A stretch of DNA of 64,000 nucleotides from an uncultured Gammaproteobacteria bacterium. Its GTDB lineage: Bacteria > Pseudomonadota > Gammaproteobacteria > JABCZS01. The DNA lies in contig CAWKDC010000001.1 of the NCBI GenBank assembly GCA_963848305.1, positions 128,001 through 192,000 on the forward strand, written 5' to 3'. Positions 30,308 through 41,916 of the stretch are shown piece after piece (the first letter of the stretch is position 1; the number at the start of each line of letters is the position of its first letter). Position numbers and translations under genes: made by a program. Under the pieces are notes generated by a model. The model did not search any database and had not been told where the DNA came from. It worked only from the letters and a program-made list of their open reading frames with translations.

Positions 30308-33064
30308 TCATTTATTATCCGTCGTCGCATTTTCACCTTTATTGCGATGATATGGGCGCAGATGATTGGCGCGACGTCTCGAAAACTTGCGTTCTTGAGG
30401 GCGTTGCTCTATCTCGCCCAGATTGCCAGCTTCATCAGCGGGGGCGTCTGATTGGATAACGGGCTGTGTGTCAGATGCGGCTTGCGCAGCAGCTGCATTC
30501 ATCGCTGTCACGTCCATCAACGTCGTTTCCTGCATCAACGGGCTGTTGATTTTAGGCACTTTGCGTTCACGGGGTGCGCGAGGCGCGGCTTTCGCCACAG
30601 GAGCCAGGGCTACTTCTACAACCGGTGCTTCATGATGCACAACAATCTCAGGTTCATCCATCATTGCTACAATGGGTGAAGGCATAGGTGTTTCATGTTT
30701 CACGAAACGGGGTGCCACTTCCCCGTCTTCTGCAAACGTATCAATGCGGGGTTGACGATCATGATCCTGACGCTTACGACGATGACCGCCATGTCCGCGA
30801 CCACGTGAGTGTTCATGACGTGGTGCGCCGGCAGCCTGACGTTCCATGGGTGAGCGGTGGTCGATATCGGGCGGTTGAATATCCAATGCGTCGATATCGT
30901 GCAGATCATCATGCTCCTCATTCATCGTCAGTGGTGCAGGCATGTCATCAAAGCGAGGCTGAGCGTCTGGGGCGCGACGGCCATCATGGCGACGCCTGTC
31001 CTGTCCAATACCGCGACGGTTGCCTTGTTGTGGGTTTGACTCATCTTCACGCACTTCATGACGTGGTTCTTGACGCACATCTTGACGGGGTGCACGGTTA
31101 TCGCGTCGATTATCCCGTGCCTCGAATTCGCCTTCAGGACGGGGCGCGCGACTATCGCGTCGATTATCCCGTGCCTCGAATTCGCCTTCAGGGCGGGGTG
31201 CGCGATTATCGCGTCGATTATCGCGACGACGTCCATAACGACCACGTCCGCCAGAGCGTTCGCTGCGTTCACCGCCTTCACGGCGTTCTTGACGTTCGCC
31301 TCGTTCACCTGATGATGCAGTAGTTGGACGTGTTGTGGCAGGCGCTTCATCTTCCTTTTCAGCTTTGAACACTGATTTGAACAGTTGAGAAATGCCATTC
31401 ACAGACTTTTGAATCAAGCTCTGCTCACGGGGTTTCACATCTGACAAGAATTGGACGACCGGTGTTTGAGGGGCTTGACGTAAAGGTTGAACATGGGTGT
31501 TTTGTTCAATAGAACGGGTGCCCATTTCCCTTGCCATTTCGAAACTGGAAGCATCGCTCATGGTGGCGCTTTCATTTTCGCGTATACGTCTGATTTGATA
31601 ATTGGGTGCTTGAATTTCAACCACAGGCATCACCACCACTTTCCTGCCGTGACGGGCTTCAAGTGCAGACAACATATTACGTTTTTCATTCGTTAAGAAT
31701 GTGGCGACATCGATAGGCAAGGCAGCATATACAGCGGCAGTGCCTTCTTTCATCGCTTCTTCTTCAATCAAGCGAATGATAGAGAGTGATAAAGACTCAA
31801 TGCTGCGAATGGAGCCTTGGCCACTGCAGCGTGGGCAGGGCTCTTGCACAGATTCGCTCAGGGATGAACGTAAACGTTGACGGGACATTTCGAGCAGGCC
31901 AAAGCGTGAAATGCGGCCAATTTGCACACGCGCCCGATCCAAGCGCATTGCATCACGGAGGCGATTTTCCACTTCACGTTGATGAGAGGTCGCCATCATG
32001 TCGATGAAATCGATGACAATCAAACCGCCTAAATCGCGTAAACGCAATTGGCGCGCTATTTCTTCTGCGGCCTCAAGGTTGGTGTGGAAAGCGGTTTCTT
32101 CAATGTCATGCCCGCGGGTTGCGCGTGCAGAGTTGATGTCGATGCTGATCAACGCTTCCGTGTGGTCAATGACCAGTGTACCGCCTGAGGGCAAGGTCAC
32201 TTGCCGTTGGAAAGCGGATTCAATTTGGTTCTCAATTTGGAACCGGGAGAAGAGGGGGACAATGTCCGTGTACAACTTGAGGCGAGTCAGGAGTTCAGGG
32301 CGCAGGCGCTCGACATAATGACGGGCTTTTTCAAAGTAGACAGGGCTGTCAATCAGGATTTCTTCCACATCGTCGCGCAAATGATCACGAATAGCGCGGG
32401 CAATGATGTCGCGTTCTTGGTGAATCAAAGCAGGTGCGTTGACATTGGCGACTGCATTCAGGATATCTTCCCAACGTTTCAGCAGCACTTCAAGATCCCA
32501 CTTCAATTCAGCGGGGTCGCGGCCAACACCGGCAGTGCGCACAATCACGCCCATGCCTTCAGGCACTTTCAAGCCTTCAAGGGTATCACGCAGTTCTTCA
32601 CGCTCTTCTCCTTCAATGCGGCGAGAAATACCGCCGGCACGGGGATTGTTAGGCATCAAGACTAAATAGCAACCGGCCAAGGTGATGAAAGTCGTGAGAG
32701 CAGCCCCTTTGGTGCCGCGCTCGTCCTTATCGACTTGAACCAAGACTTGCTGACCAACCCGGAGAATATCGCGAATATTCTTGCGGGAACCGCGGCCTTC
32801 ATCTGCATTCATGTCCTCGGCGGATTGGAAATAATCCTTCGAGATTTCTTTGAGGGGAAGGAAGCCATGGCGTTCTGCGCCGTAATCCACGAAGGCGGCA
32901 TTCAAGCTTTGTTCGATGTTCTTGACTGTCGCGAGGTAAAGGTTTCCTTTGAGAAGCTCTTTATCCATGTTTTCCAAATCAAGATCGTAGAGGGTCTGGC
33001 CATTCACCAGTGCAACCCGGATTTCTTCGCTTTGGGTTGCATTTATTAACATTCTATTCGTCAC
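30308..33064 (-). CDS. rne: Ribonuclease E
   Basis: RMLINATQSEEIRVA, AAFVDYGAERHGFL, IDINSAR, LGGLIVIDFIDM, CPRCSG, long disordered Arg-rich C-terminus. Confidence 0.96.
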   Translation of the reverse strand: MTNRMLINATQSEEIRVALVNGQTLYDLDLENMDKELLKGNLYLATVKNIEQSLNAAFVDYGAERHGFLPLKEISKDYFQSAEDMNADEGRGSRKNIRDILRVGQQVLVQVDKDERGTKGAALTTFITLAGCYLVLMPNNPRAGGISRRIEGEEREELRDTLEGLKVPEGMGVIVRTAGVGRDPAELKWDLEVLLKRWEDILNAVANVNAPALIHQERDIIARAIRDHLRDDVEEILIDSPVYFEKARHYVERLRPELLTRLKLYTDIVPLFSRFQIENQIESAFQRQVTLPSGGTLVIDHTEALISIDINSARATRGHDIEETAFHTNLEAAEEIARQLRLRDLGGLIVIDFIDMMATSHQREVENRLRDAMRLDRARVQIGRISRFGLLEMSRQRLRSSLSESVQEPCPRCSGQGSIRSIESLSLSIIRLIEEEAMKEGTAAVYAALPIDVATFLTNEKRNMLSALEARHGRKVVVMPVVEIQAPNYQIRRIRENESATMSDASSFEMAREMGTRSIEQNTHVQPLRQAPQTPVVQFLSDVKPREQSLIQKSVNGISQLFKSVFKAEKEDEAPATTRPTTASSGERGERQERREGGERSERSGGRGRYGRRRDNRRDNRAPRPEGEFEARDNRRDSRAPRPEGEFEARDNRRDNRAPRQDVRQEPRHEVREDESNPQQGNRRGIGQDRRRHDGRRAPDAQPRFDDMPAPLTMNEEHDDLHDIDALDIQPPDIDHRSPMERQAAGAPRHEHSRGRGHGGHRRKRQDHDRQPRIDTFAEDGEVAPRFVKHETPMPSPIVAMMDEPEIVVHHEAPVVEVALAPVAKAAPRAPRERKVPKINSPLMQETTLMDVTAMNAAAAQAASDTQPVIQSDAPADEAGNLGEIEQRPQERKFSRRRANHLRPYHRNKGENATTDNK
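31086..31225 (-). repeat. In-frame 54-bp tandem repeat (about 2.5 copies) in the rne C-terminal region
   Basis: Encodes RDNRRD(N/S)RAPRPEGEFEA twice plus RDNRRDNRAPR; near-identical at DNA level. Confidence 0.85.
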
Positions 33065-33394
33065 AGTTTCATTCCTTAATCAGTAGGGAATGCCACGTAA
33101 TGCTTATTCACAGGCGTGCGAACACGGGCGAACCGTTTGGCCGCGGATGTATCGCAAATTGACGTTCTGTTTGTTGACAATGCTTCAAACTCTTCCGTTG
33201 TCTGTGGGGCGGTCATGTCTCTATAGTCGACCGGCTGTCACAGTTGCCTGTCATGTGCATCACATGACATCTTGCTATTGAGCTTTTGGTACCTTACTGA
33301 GGTTTGATAACATTTCCCTTGAAGTAGGCACCGCACTCGGTTACACTGAGCGTGTAGTTCGTTGTCACTATAGCATGAAAAAGGTATCGCAGCA

Positions 33395-34336
33395 ATGGTT
33401 GTTGAAAATGGTTCTGAGTCCCCTGAGTTTAAAAAACCTTCTAATATTCAATATATTACGGTAGACCCCGAATTTGCCGATACCCGCCTCGACAATTTTT
33501 TAATACGGACTTACAAAGCCGTTCCCAAAAGCCGTTTGTATCGCGCCATTCGAAATGGTGAAGTGCGGGTGAATAAGGGGCGGGTGAAGGTCGATTACCG
33601 CCTGCAGGGCGGAGATGTCCTACGCATTCCTCCTTTATCGAACATTGTAACCCCGCTAGCGGCGGTATCACGCGACCTGCAGGATGTCTTAAAAGAGGCC
33701 GTGATTTATGAAGATGCAAACTTGTTTGTCTTGAATAAACCGCCATCGTTGGCAGTCCATGCTGGCAGCGGTGTGCGGGGTGGGGTGATTGAAGCGATGC
33801 GGATCATGTACCCTGATTTGTCGTTGGAGCTGGTGCATCGCATTGACAAAGAAACCTCCGGTTGCTTGATGGTAGCCAAAAAACGCAGTTCCTTGAAGGC
33901 ATTACAATCAGCCTTGCAAGAAGGAAACATCCGTAAAACATACCGTGCCTGGGTGGCAGGGCATTGGCCAAAATCATTGCAACATGTGGATATGCCCTTG
34001 CGTCGTTTTGAATCACGTGGCGGCGAGCGTCGCGTGTACGTGGACGATGAGGGCAAAGCCTCACAAACAATCTTCCGTCCTATTCGGTATGAAGATGGAG
34101 CGACATTGTTAGAGTGCCGTATCATGACAGGTCGAACCCATCAAATCCGCGTGCATACGTCAGCCAACGGGCATCCTATCATTGGGGATGACAAATATGG
34201 TTCTCGGCAAGTGAATACGGCCTTTCGTGAACGTGGCATGAAACGCATGATGCTGCATGCGAGCGAGTTGATCATTGATTGTGACGCATTGGGTTTGCAA
34301 TTAACGGTCACAGCACCCAATCCGATGTTTGACTAA
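33395..34336 (+). CDS. rluC: 23S rRNA pseudouridine synthase C
   Basis: RLDNFL, GEVRVNKGR, HRIDKETSG, TGRTHQIRVH; divergent from rne as usual. Confidence 0.92.
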   Translation: MVVENGSESPEFKKPSNIQYITVDPEFADTRLDNFLIRTYKAVPKSRLYRAIRNGEVRVNKGRVKVDYRLQGGDVLRIPPLSNIVTPLAAVSRDLQDVLKEAVIYEDANLFVLNKPPSLAVHAGSGVRGGVIEAMRIMYPDLSLELVHRIDKETSGCLMVAKKRSSLKALQSALQEGNIRKTYRAWVAGHWPKSLQHVDMPLRRFESRGGERRVYVDDEGKASQTIFRPIRYEDGATLLECRIMTGRTHQIRVHTSANGHPIIGDDKYGSRQVNTAFRERGMKRMMLHASELIIDCDALGLQLTVTAPNPMFD

Positions 34337-34383
34337 ATCCTGAATCGGCCATACAATTATGGTTTCACAACCCAATCAGGAGA

Positions 34384-35307
34384 TTGTCCGTGGATCCAAG
34401 AATTGAAAATGCTATCGAACACTTATTGTATGACACTCTCAAAGAACAACGCGCCAAACGCCGTTGGGGCATTTTTTTCAAATCCCTCTTTTTTGCTTAT
34501 TTCGTTGTTATCCTTTTGATGTTGCTTCCCACAGATTTGAAGACCTCGCCTATTGCGGGTGCGCACACAGCGGTGATTAAAGTGGATGGCGAGATCGATG
34601 CGGCTGCCAATGCGAGCGCTGATAATATCATTGATGCGTTAAACCGTGCTTACGGGAATATGCACGCCAAAGCGATTATCTTGGCGTTGAATAGCCCTGG
34701 TGGCAGCCCGGTTCAATCTGGTGAAATTTATGATGAAATGCGTCGCTTGCAAGCGCAATATCCTGAGAAACCTTTATACGCAGTGATTGGCGATACCTGT
34801 GCTTCAGGTTGTTATTACATTGCGGCAGGGGCTAAGGAAATATATGCGAATGAGGCGAGTTTGGTCGGTTCTATTGGCGTACTGTTCGACGGATTTGGTG
34901 TAGTTGACCTGATGCATAAAATCGGCGTAGAGCGTCGGTTGATCACGGCTGGTGCGAACAAAGGCTTCCTTGATCCCTTTGAGCCCATGAAGCCTGAGAA
35001 TAAATTGTTCATGGAAAATGTATTGGGTGTGGTTCATCAGCAATTCATTCATAAGGTGAAGGAAGGACGTGGCGATCGTTTGAAAGATGATCCGCTCTTG
35101 TTCACGGGGTTGATTTGGACAGGTCAACAAAGCATTCTGCTAGGCCTTGTCGATAAATTGGGCTCTGTGTCGACAGTTGCCCGCGATGTGGTGCAAGTGC
35201 CTACAACGGTCGATTATATGGAAGAAGAACCTTTCATGGTGCGTTTAGGTAAGAAATTTGGGGCGAGTGTGAAGTCTGGGTTTGTAGGGGTTGCGCATTT
35301 ATTGTAA
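34384..35307 (+). CDS. sppA: S49-family peptidase (SppA-like)
   Basis: NSPGGS, CASGCYYIA, VGSIGV, FTGLIWTG. Confidence 0.88.
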   Translation: MSVDPRIENAIEHLLYDTLKEQRAKRRWGIFFKSLFFAYFVVILLMLLPTDLKTSPIAGAHTAVIKVDGEIDAAANASADNIIDALNRAYGNMHAKAIILALNSPGGSPVQSGEIYDEMRRLQAQYPEKPLYAVIGDTCASGCYYIAAGAKEIYANEASLVGSIGVLFDGFGVVDLMHKIGVERRLITAGANKGFLDPFEPMKPENKLFMENVLGVVHQQFIHKVKEGRGDRLKDDPLLFTGLIWTGQQSILLGLVDKLGSVSTVARDVVQVPTTVDYMEEEPFMVRLGKKFGASVKSGFVGVAHLL

Positions 35308-35362
35308 CTTTCTGTATGGTTTCCTGGCGCCAAATAACAATCTGTGATCCTTCAGCCTTCTA

Positions 35363-36268
35363 TTAGCGCTCGAGGACAGATTGTTTTTGGGATGACAAGG
35401 TGTGTGCTTTTTGATGTGCTCTCTCTATCGCCCGCGCCCGATTCCGTTCTGTCTGTGTATCCGCACAATGAGGACAAGAGATATCCTTGAGGTATTTGGG
35501 TGACAACTTGTCTGTCTCAGACACAGGATGGCGGCACGCATGGCACATCGAATAGCCAGCGGGAGCCAAATCGTGGTTCACGGCAACGCGGTGATCAAAC
35601 ACGAAACAATCGCCTACCCAAAGGCTTTCTGCGGCAGGGACATCTTCTAAGTATTTCAAAATGCCGCCTTTCAGGTGATAAACCGCTTCAAATCCTTTTG
35701 CGAGCATCAGGCTAGAAGCTTTTTCACATCGGATGCCGCCGGTACAAAACATGGCAACTTTGCGGTGCTTTGTGGGGTCCAGGTTTTCATCGACAAAAGC
35801 GGTGAATTCACGGAATGAATCTGTGTTGGGGTTGACTGCCCCTTTAAAAGTACCTAATGCGTATTCATAATCGTTCCGCGTATCGAGTAGCAATACATCT
35901 GGATCTTGAATTAACGCATTCCAGTCTTGAGGGGCGACATATTGGCCAACACATTGTGTGGGATCCACGGTGGGCACGCCCAAGGTCACGATTTCTTGTT
36001 TGAGTTTGACTTTCATTCTATTGAAAGGATGGGCATCTGTGTAAGATTCTTTAAAATCAATCTGTTGAAACCGCGTATCTTGCGCAAACCAGTCTCTGAG
36101 GGCATCAATGGCCTCTCGGGTACCGGATACAGTGCCATTGATCCCTTCATGGGCCAATAACAGGGTGCCCATAATGCCTTGTTGTTCGCAAAATGGCAGC
36201 AATTCGCTTTTAACGGCTTGAGTGTCCTCAATCGACACAAATTTATAAAGTGCTAGCACGACAATCAT
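35363..36268 (-). CDS. trhO: Rhodanese-domain tRNA uridine(34) hydroxylase (UPF0176)
   Basis: [42 protein letters not shown]. Confidence 0.9.
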   Translation of the reverse strand: MIVVLALYKFVSIEDTQAVKSELLPFCEQQGIMGTLLLAHEGINGTVSGTREAIDALRDWFAQDTRFQQIDFKESYTDAHPFNRMKVKLKQEIVTLGVPTVDPTQCVGQYVAPQDWNALIQDPDVLLLDTRNDYEYALGTFKGAVNPNTDSFREFTAFVDENLDPTKHRKVAMFCTGGIRCEKASSLMLAKGFEAVYHLKGGILKYLEDVPAAESLWVGDCFVFDHRVAVNHDLAPAGYSMCHACRHPVSETDKLSPKYLKDISCPHCADTQTERNRARAIERAHQKAHTLSSQKQSVLER

Positions 36269-36371
36269 GAGTTCCTCCAGATTTGGTGTATTATACCCAC
36301 AATTTCGCGTTAACGCCTAAAAAGATAGCTTCGTTCATTGATGGTTAGACCCGGTTGGACTATAATCACTT

Positions 36372-36608
36372 ATGGGGAAGATATTGATACCAGACACATT
36401 TTTTGAGAAAATTCAGAAAGAAAGTGGATACGAGATATTGCTTCTTCAGCCTGCCCATATTGAAAGATATCAAATGTTACCATTGCTGCATCGCGATCCA
36501 TTTGATCGCATGCTGATTGCACAAGCACAACATGAACAGCTTACTTTGGTCACAGGCGATGAATCTATTGTACAGTACGACAGTGTTTCTATTTTGAAAG
36601 TCATTTGA
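36372..36608 (+). pseudogene. C-terminal half of a VapC/PIN toxin
   Basis: LPLLHRDPFDRMLIAQA...LVTGD; the N-terminal LDT motif is absent and no antitoxin lies upstream. Confidence 0.7.
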
Positions 36609-36615
36609 GGTATTT

Positions 36616-37861
36616 ATGTTCAAGCCTTTGGCATTGTATATTGGTTTGCGCTACGTGCGGGCGAAGCGTAGTAACCATTTTATATCATTCATTTCACTGG
36701 TCTCCACGCTGGGCATTGGCCTTGGCGTGGCGGTGCTGGTCACTGTCTTGTCCGTCATGAATGGTTTTGATAAAGAATTAAAAACCCGTATTCTGGGTAT
36801 GACCTCGCATGTGCTTGTCGTTGGGCCAGGCGCGGAACTCAGTGATTGGGAAGGTGGCATCAAAACCCTTCAAAAAATGCCGGGGGTTCACGCTGTCTCG
36901 CCGTTTGTCGAAACTGCAGGTATGATGAGTACACCGGGAACCACGCAATTTGTCCAGGTGATGGGGCTCGATGCGAAACAGCTCGATGCTTATCAATTTT
37001 TAAATGATCATATGTTGGAAGGTAGCCTCCAATCCTTGGAGAGTGGCGCGTTCCATATTATCTTGGGTGCGCAGCTCGCGCGCAATCTGGGCGCAATACC
37101 GGGCGATTTTGTGACGCTGGCAGTGCCTGAAACAACGCTGACACCCGCAGGTTTGTTGCCCAGACTGAAACGGTTTCAAGTGTCAGGTATTTTCAAAGTG
37201 GATTATGAATATGATGCCTCTTATGCGTATATTGATATCAAAGATGCTCAGAAATTGATGCGATTCGGCGACAATGTGAGCGCGCTCAGCGTGAAGCTGG
37301 ATAATATCTATGATGCGCCACGCGATGTGTATTCCTTCAGACATCGTTTGCCAGAAGATTGGCGTGTGTATGATCGGCACCATGTTAAATGGCACTTTTT
37401 TTGAAGCGGTCAAACTTGAAAAAACCATGATGTTTGTGATCCTCACACTGATCATTGCGGTTGCGGCATTTAATATTTTATCGATGTTGGTGATGGTGGT
37501 GACGGACAAGCAATCAGACATTGCGATTTTGCGTACCATGGGGGTGAAGCCGCGTAGCATCATCCATATTTTCATGGTGCAAGGCTCATTGATTGGCGTG
37601 TTTGGAACAGTGGTTGGTATTGTGGGTGGTATATTGCTCGCAAACAATGTGACGACATTGGTTCACTTTTTAGAAGCGGTATTAAGTACTCGGTTTTTAT
37701 CGTCAGAGGTGTATTACATCAGCTTCTTGCCATCTGATCTGCACATGAGAGATGTGTTTGTTGTGGCGGGCATTTCATTTGTGATGAGTTTTCTCGCCAC
37801 ACTCTATCCTGCGTGGCGAGCATCGAAAACACATCCTGCGGAGGCGTTGCGTTATGAGTGA
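36616..37861 (+). CDS. lolC: Lipoprotein-releasing ABC permease LolC/E (frameshift near 37,376)
   Basis: [47 protein letters not shown]. Confidence 0.88.
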
Positions 37862-38531
37862 GTGTGTCTTAAAAGCCAATGGCGTGTCCAAAACCTATTT
37901 GGATGCGCATAAAGAAGTGCCTGTATTGAACAGCGTTGACCTCACGGTGTTGGCAGGAGAGTGTATTGCGATTCAAGGGGCATCAGGTTCCGGTAAATCC
38001 ACTTTGTTGCATTGTTTGGGCGGATTAGATGCTTTAACTGCGGGTGAAGTGTTTTGGCGGGGCACGGCGATTCAATCGTTGTCAGAGAATCAGCGATCTG
38101 AGATGCGAAACCGTCATTTAGGATTTGTGTATCAATTTCACCATTTATTGAATGAGTTCACTGCGCAGGAAAATGTGGCGATACCCCTGCTCATCCGCGC
38201 AGAAGTCAGCGCATCATCAGCGATGAGTGCGGCGAAAAAGATATTGACCCGGGTGGGACTGAGCGCACGTTTAAACCACAAGCCTGGAGAACTATCGGGC
38301 GGTGAACGTCAACGGGTGGCGTTGGCACGGGCATTAGTCACAGAGCCCGCTTGTGTATTGGCGGATGAGCCGACAGGAAATTTAGACAAAAAGACTGCTG
38401 AAGCAGTTTTATCATTGATACTTGAGCTGAATGCAGAGAGCAATACCAGCTTTGTTATCGTGACCCATGATAATGCGATTGCGCAATCGTTAGGGCGCAT
38501 CTTAAGAATGCAAGATGGTTTTCTTCAATAA
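37854..38531 (+). CDS. lolD: Lipoprotein-releasing ABC ATPase
   Basis: [35 protein letters not shown]. Confidence 0.95.
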   Translation: MSECVLKANGVSKTYLDAHKEVPVLNSVDLTVLAGECIAIQGASGSGKSTLLHCLGGLDALTAGEVFWRGTAIQSLSENQRSEMRNRHLGFVYQFHHLLNEFTAQENVAIPLLIRAEVSASSAMSAAKKILTRVGLSARLNHKPGELSGGERQRVALARALVTEPACVLADEPTGNLDKKTAEAVLSLILELNAESNTSFVIVTHDNAIAQSLGRILRMQDGFLQ

Positions 38532-38614
38532 AATGAAGAGATTATAAGTTTGAACTTTAGCTATTATTGGCTATACTTACATATATGGACAGATTTAAAC
38601 TGAGGAGGTTTGAT

Positions 38615-38992
38615 ATGTTTCCTAATATGCTGAAAAAGAAAGCAATCTTGTTATTAGCCAGCTCTGTACTTCTGGTGTCATCAAATGCGTATGCATTGGT
38701 ATGCCCAGATGATGAAGAGCTGATTGTTCAACCCAATGGCTATCAATATTGCGCTGACTATGATGACGGGCCTTACTATGACTATGCACCTTACATTCTG
38801 CCTTTCGTAGGATATGGTGTGGGTTATGAAGAAGGGTACTGGGGTCACGATGGCTATTATAATGGGTATTATGATGGCGGACACGGCTGGAATGGTCACG
38901 GTGGTGGTCACGGCGGTGGCGGTTACCATGGTGGTGGCCACGGTGGTGGCGGATACCACGGTGGAGGACATGGTGGTGGAGGACATCACTAG
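38615..38992 (+). CDS. Exported Tyr/Gly/His-rich low-complexity protein
   Basis: RBS GAGGAGG, signal peptide ending AYA, two Cys, tail of GGHGGGGYH repeats. Confidence 0.75.
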   Translation: MFPNMLKKKAILLLASSVLLVSSNAYALVCPDDEELIVQPNGYQYCADYDDGPYYDYAPYILPFVGYGVGYEEGYWGHDGYYNGYYDGGHGWNGHGGGHGGGGYHGGGHGGGGYHGGGHGGGGHH

Positions 38993-39010
38993 TTTTTGGG
39001 CATTAACTGC

Positions 39011-39564
39011 CTAGAAAAACCAGACGATCCCAATGGTGTGAATATCTAATCCATCATTGGGTTCGATCACGCCTAAATTAGAATAATGGTAATACCGATA
39101 AATCATTTGAACAGGTCGCGCAGTGGCGATATTAATGCCCGCCCCGAATTTATCTTCAAAATGCCAAAGCCCTCCAAAATTTTTTCTTCCCAATTCGTTA
39201 TTTGAAAAATAAGAAGGCCCAATCCCAAACTCGAAAAAGAAAGCGTTGCGTTTCAGATCCACGGGCCGAGCCACATTTGAAAGATAGGGCTCGCAGAGGT
39301 CACGACCAAATGATTGTTATCATGATCATCATCATTTGATTGCCAATACCCAAAGCCACCTTCCCAATACCCTGTGAATTGAATGGGGGATTTGGGCAGC
39401 CAAACCACATCCCAGTCCCAGCGACCGGCGACACGGAAACCATTACGATTGGTGTTGTTCCCCCAGTAGCCTGCTGTGAATGTCATGCCATCCATGAAAA
39501 GCGGGTAACCGGCGTGTGCCTCAAAGCAACAGCATAAAAGTAAGAAAGAAAATTTTCTAAACAT
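39011..39564 (-). CDS. pagL: PagL-like lipid A deacylase (frameshift near 39,264)
   Basis: Signal peptide, aromatic beta-strands, EFGIGPSY, HFEDKFGAG, YYHYSN (PagL HxSN), PNDGLD. Confidence 0.78.
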
Positions 39565-39645
39565 AATGCATCCATTCATTCCCACAAATCCGTTGAACAT
39601 GGTAACATCCGCGTTGTTCGATAACAACAATAATAAAAATATAAT

Positions 39646-41916
39646 ATGCATACATTTTTTGTTAGCTTTATCATCGTCACAACCATTCTGCTGGCATTGG
39701 ATGCCTTGCTTATGGGTGCATTATGTATAACCATTGCGCTGATGGGAGCGATAGCGTTCCCACGTTATTGTTTACCAATTGTGCTGGGAGGTGTCTTGGC
39801 ATTGCTACAGGTTGGCATATCCCAAGCAATCAGGTCAGATACTGCGCTGGCTGAAAGAGATTGGCAAAAACCTATGCGATTGGTGGTAGACATAAATGCT
39901 GTGCTATATGACACGCCTAAGGCGCAATCTGTTTTGGCAAGTGTGCAGGGATCGCACGAGCCTCCATTCCCCCATAAATTGAAAATCACACGATACAGTG
40001 ATCAACGTTTTATCCCAGGTGAGCGTTGTAGTCTGTGGGTTAAGCTAAAACCTATTCGGGGTTATAGTAATCCAGGTGGCCGTGATTTCACAAACACATG
40101 GGAGTCAAAACGCGTGACTGCTCAAGGATATGTCCTAGAAAATCAGGATGTTTTCTGTGAATTGAATGATCATGTGACGCATCGCGTGTTTCGATATCGA
40201 CAGCAAGTTCATCAATTTATTGAACAGCATGTTGCATCGCGTCCCGTGCAATCAATATTAATAGCACTCGCGTTGGGGGAAAAGGAAATTGACGCCACCA
40301 TGCAAACAGTCTTGAGACGAACTGGCACCGCGCATTTGCTTGCCATATCGGGGCTGCATGTCGGACTTGTCGGGTTATTTATATTGATGTTGATGCGTCC
40401 ACTGGCAAAGGGAATAGTCATTTTGAAATGGTGTGATTCGTCGCGCGCGATCGGATGGCTGTGCTCATTGGCTGGTGTGTTGATCTATATTTTGATGACA
40501 GGCAGTGCCGTCAGCAGTCAAAGGGCCGGGTGGATGTATGCATTCGCTGTCTTATTGTATCTGTGTCAACAAAAGCAATCCAAAATGCGTTTATTATTAT
40601 CAGTCATGTGTTTGATGATGATAATCAATGCATATGTGGTATTGGATATTGGATTTTGGTTATCATGCGGCATGGTAGCGATATTGATAGTCGTATGTGG
40701 TTATAGCGTTTCACCACAAAGCGGGATCATCCACATGTTAAAAGTGCAATGGCGTATCTCGTGTGTGGGATTTCCGCTTACATTATTGTTGTTGCAACAA
40801 GGATCGTTGATGTCACCATTGGCAAACATCATTGCTATCCCTGTGGTGAGTTTTGGGGTGGTGCCATTGTTATTGCTGATGGATTGCACGGTGAATTTTC
40901 AGCCAGAACTGGCGCAGCTTTGTTTGACTTTGTCTAATTTTATCACAGAATATTTAATGTTATTTTTATCACGGTTGAGTGAGTTGCCTCTTTACATGGA
41001 GCAACCCCTTCAGCATCCTTGGATGGCAGTTGCATTGGGTTTATCAGGTATCTTATTTGCTTTGCCGCGTGGGTTAGGAGCCGGCATTTTGGGTTTTTAT
41101 TTTTTGATGATCGTGATCGTGTATCCGTCTGAGAAACCTGAAGATAATGAGGTATGGGTCACTTGGTTGGATGTGGGGCAAGGTTTAAGCACAGTGATTC
41201 AAACCAAAAACCATGTCGTTGTCTATGACACAGGTCCGCAATTTGAATCCTTTGATGTGGCCACATTTACGCTGATCCCGTTTTTGAAATATCATGGGGT
41301 ACGTGAAATTGATATGCTGATCGTCAGTCATGCTGATAATGACCATCGAGGCGGTGTTAATGTTGTCCTGGAGACTTTCCAAGTGCATGATATGCGTGTG
41401 GGCCAACGATTGCCAGATATCTCCATGCCACAATCTCTGTGCCATGAGGATAAACGTTGGGAGTGGGATGGGGTATTGTTCGAGCAATTGAACGTACCAG
41501 GTGAATGGAAATCATCCAACAATCATTCTTGTGTACTGAAAATCACCGCCAGTGGTCACACGGTATTGTTGTTGGGTGATCTCGAGCGTGATGCGGAAGC
41601 AGCGTTACTGAGATCACACCCTGGTTTATCTGCACAGATCATTTCTGTGCCACACCACGGCAGTAAAACATCATCGACACTTCAACTCCTTGAGGCCGTG
41701 AAACCAGAGTATGCAATTTTTTCAAGTGGTTTTCTCAATCGTTACCATCATCCCCATCCAACTGTTTTGAAACGTTATGATGCACTTGGGATCAAAAGGC
41801 TAGATACTGGGAAAGTTGGTGCAATCCGTGTTACACTGGACGATAAGGACGACGCGGGCATTATATGCCATAGGGACAAAAAATGTTTGAGCACTTTCTA
41901 TCGGGCGGGATCATGA
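39646..41916 (+). CDS. comEC: DNA-uptake protein ComEC/Rec2
   Basis: NPGG, TAHLLAISGLH, LDVGQG, YDTG, SHADNDH, PHHGSKTSS. Confidence 0.93.
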   Translation: MHTFFVSFIIVTTILLALDALLMGALCITIALMGAIAFPRYCLPIVLGGVLALLQVGISQAIRSDTALAERDWQKPMRLVVDINAVLYDTPKAQSVLASVQGSHEPPFPHKLKITRYSDQRFIPGERCSLWVKLKPIRGYSNPGGRDFTNTWESKRVTAQGYVLENQDVFCELNDHVTHRVFRYRQQVHQFIEQHVASRPVQSILIALALGEKEIDATMQTVLRRTGTAHLLAISGLHVGLVGLFILMLMRPLAKGIVILKWCDSSRAIGWLCSLAGVLIYILMTGSAVSSQRAGWMYAFAVLLYLCQQKQSKMRLLLSVMCLMMIINAYVVLDIGFWLSCGMVAILIVVCGYSVSPQSGIIHMLKVQWRISCVGFPLTLLLLQQGSLMSPLANIIAIPVVSFGVVPLLLLMDCTVNFQPELAQLCLTLSNFITEYLMLFLSRLSELPLYMEQPLQHPWMAVALGLSGILFALPRGLGAGILGFYFLMIVIVYPSEKPEDNEVWVTWLDVGQGLSTVIQTKNHVVVYDTGPQFESFDVATFTLIPFLKYHGVREIDMLIVSHADNDHRGGVNVVLETFQVHDMRVGQRLPDISMPQSLCHEDKRWEWDGVLFEQLNVPGEWKSSNNHSCVLKITASGHTVLLLGDLERDAEAALLRSHPGLSAQIISVPHHGSKTSSTLQLLEAVKPEYAIFSSGFLNRYHHPHPTVLKRYDALGIKRLDTGKVGAIRVTLDDKDDAGIICHRDKKCLSTFYRAGS

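Noticed and set aside
33065-33394. Long rne-rluC intergenic region as a novel ncRNA
   Set aside because: A long rne leader with divergent promoters is ordinary in gammaproteobacteria.
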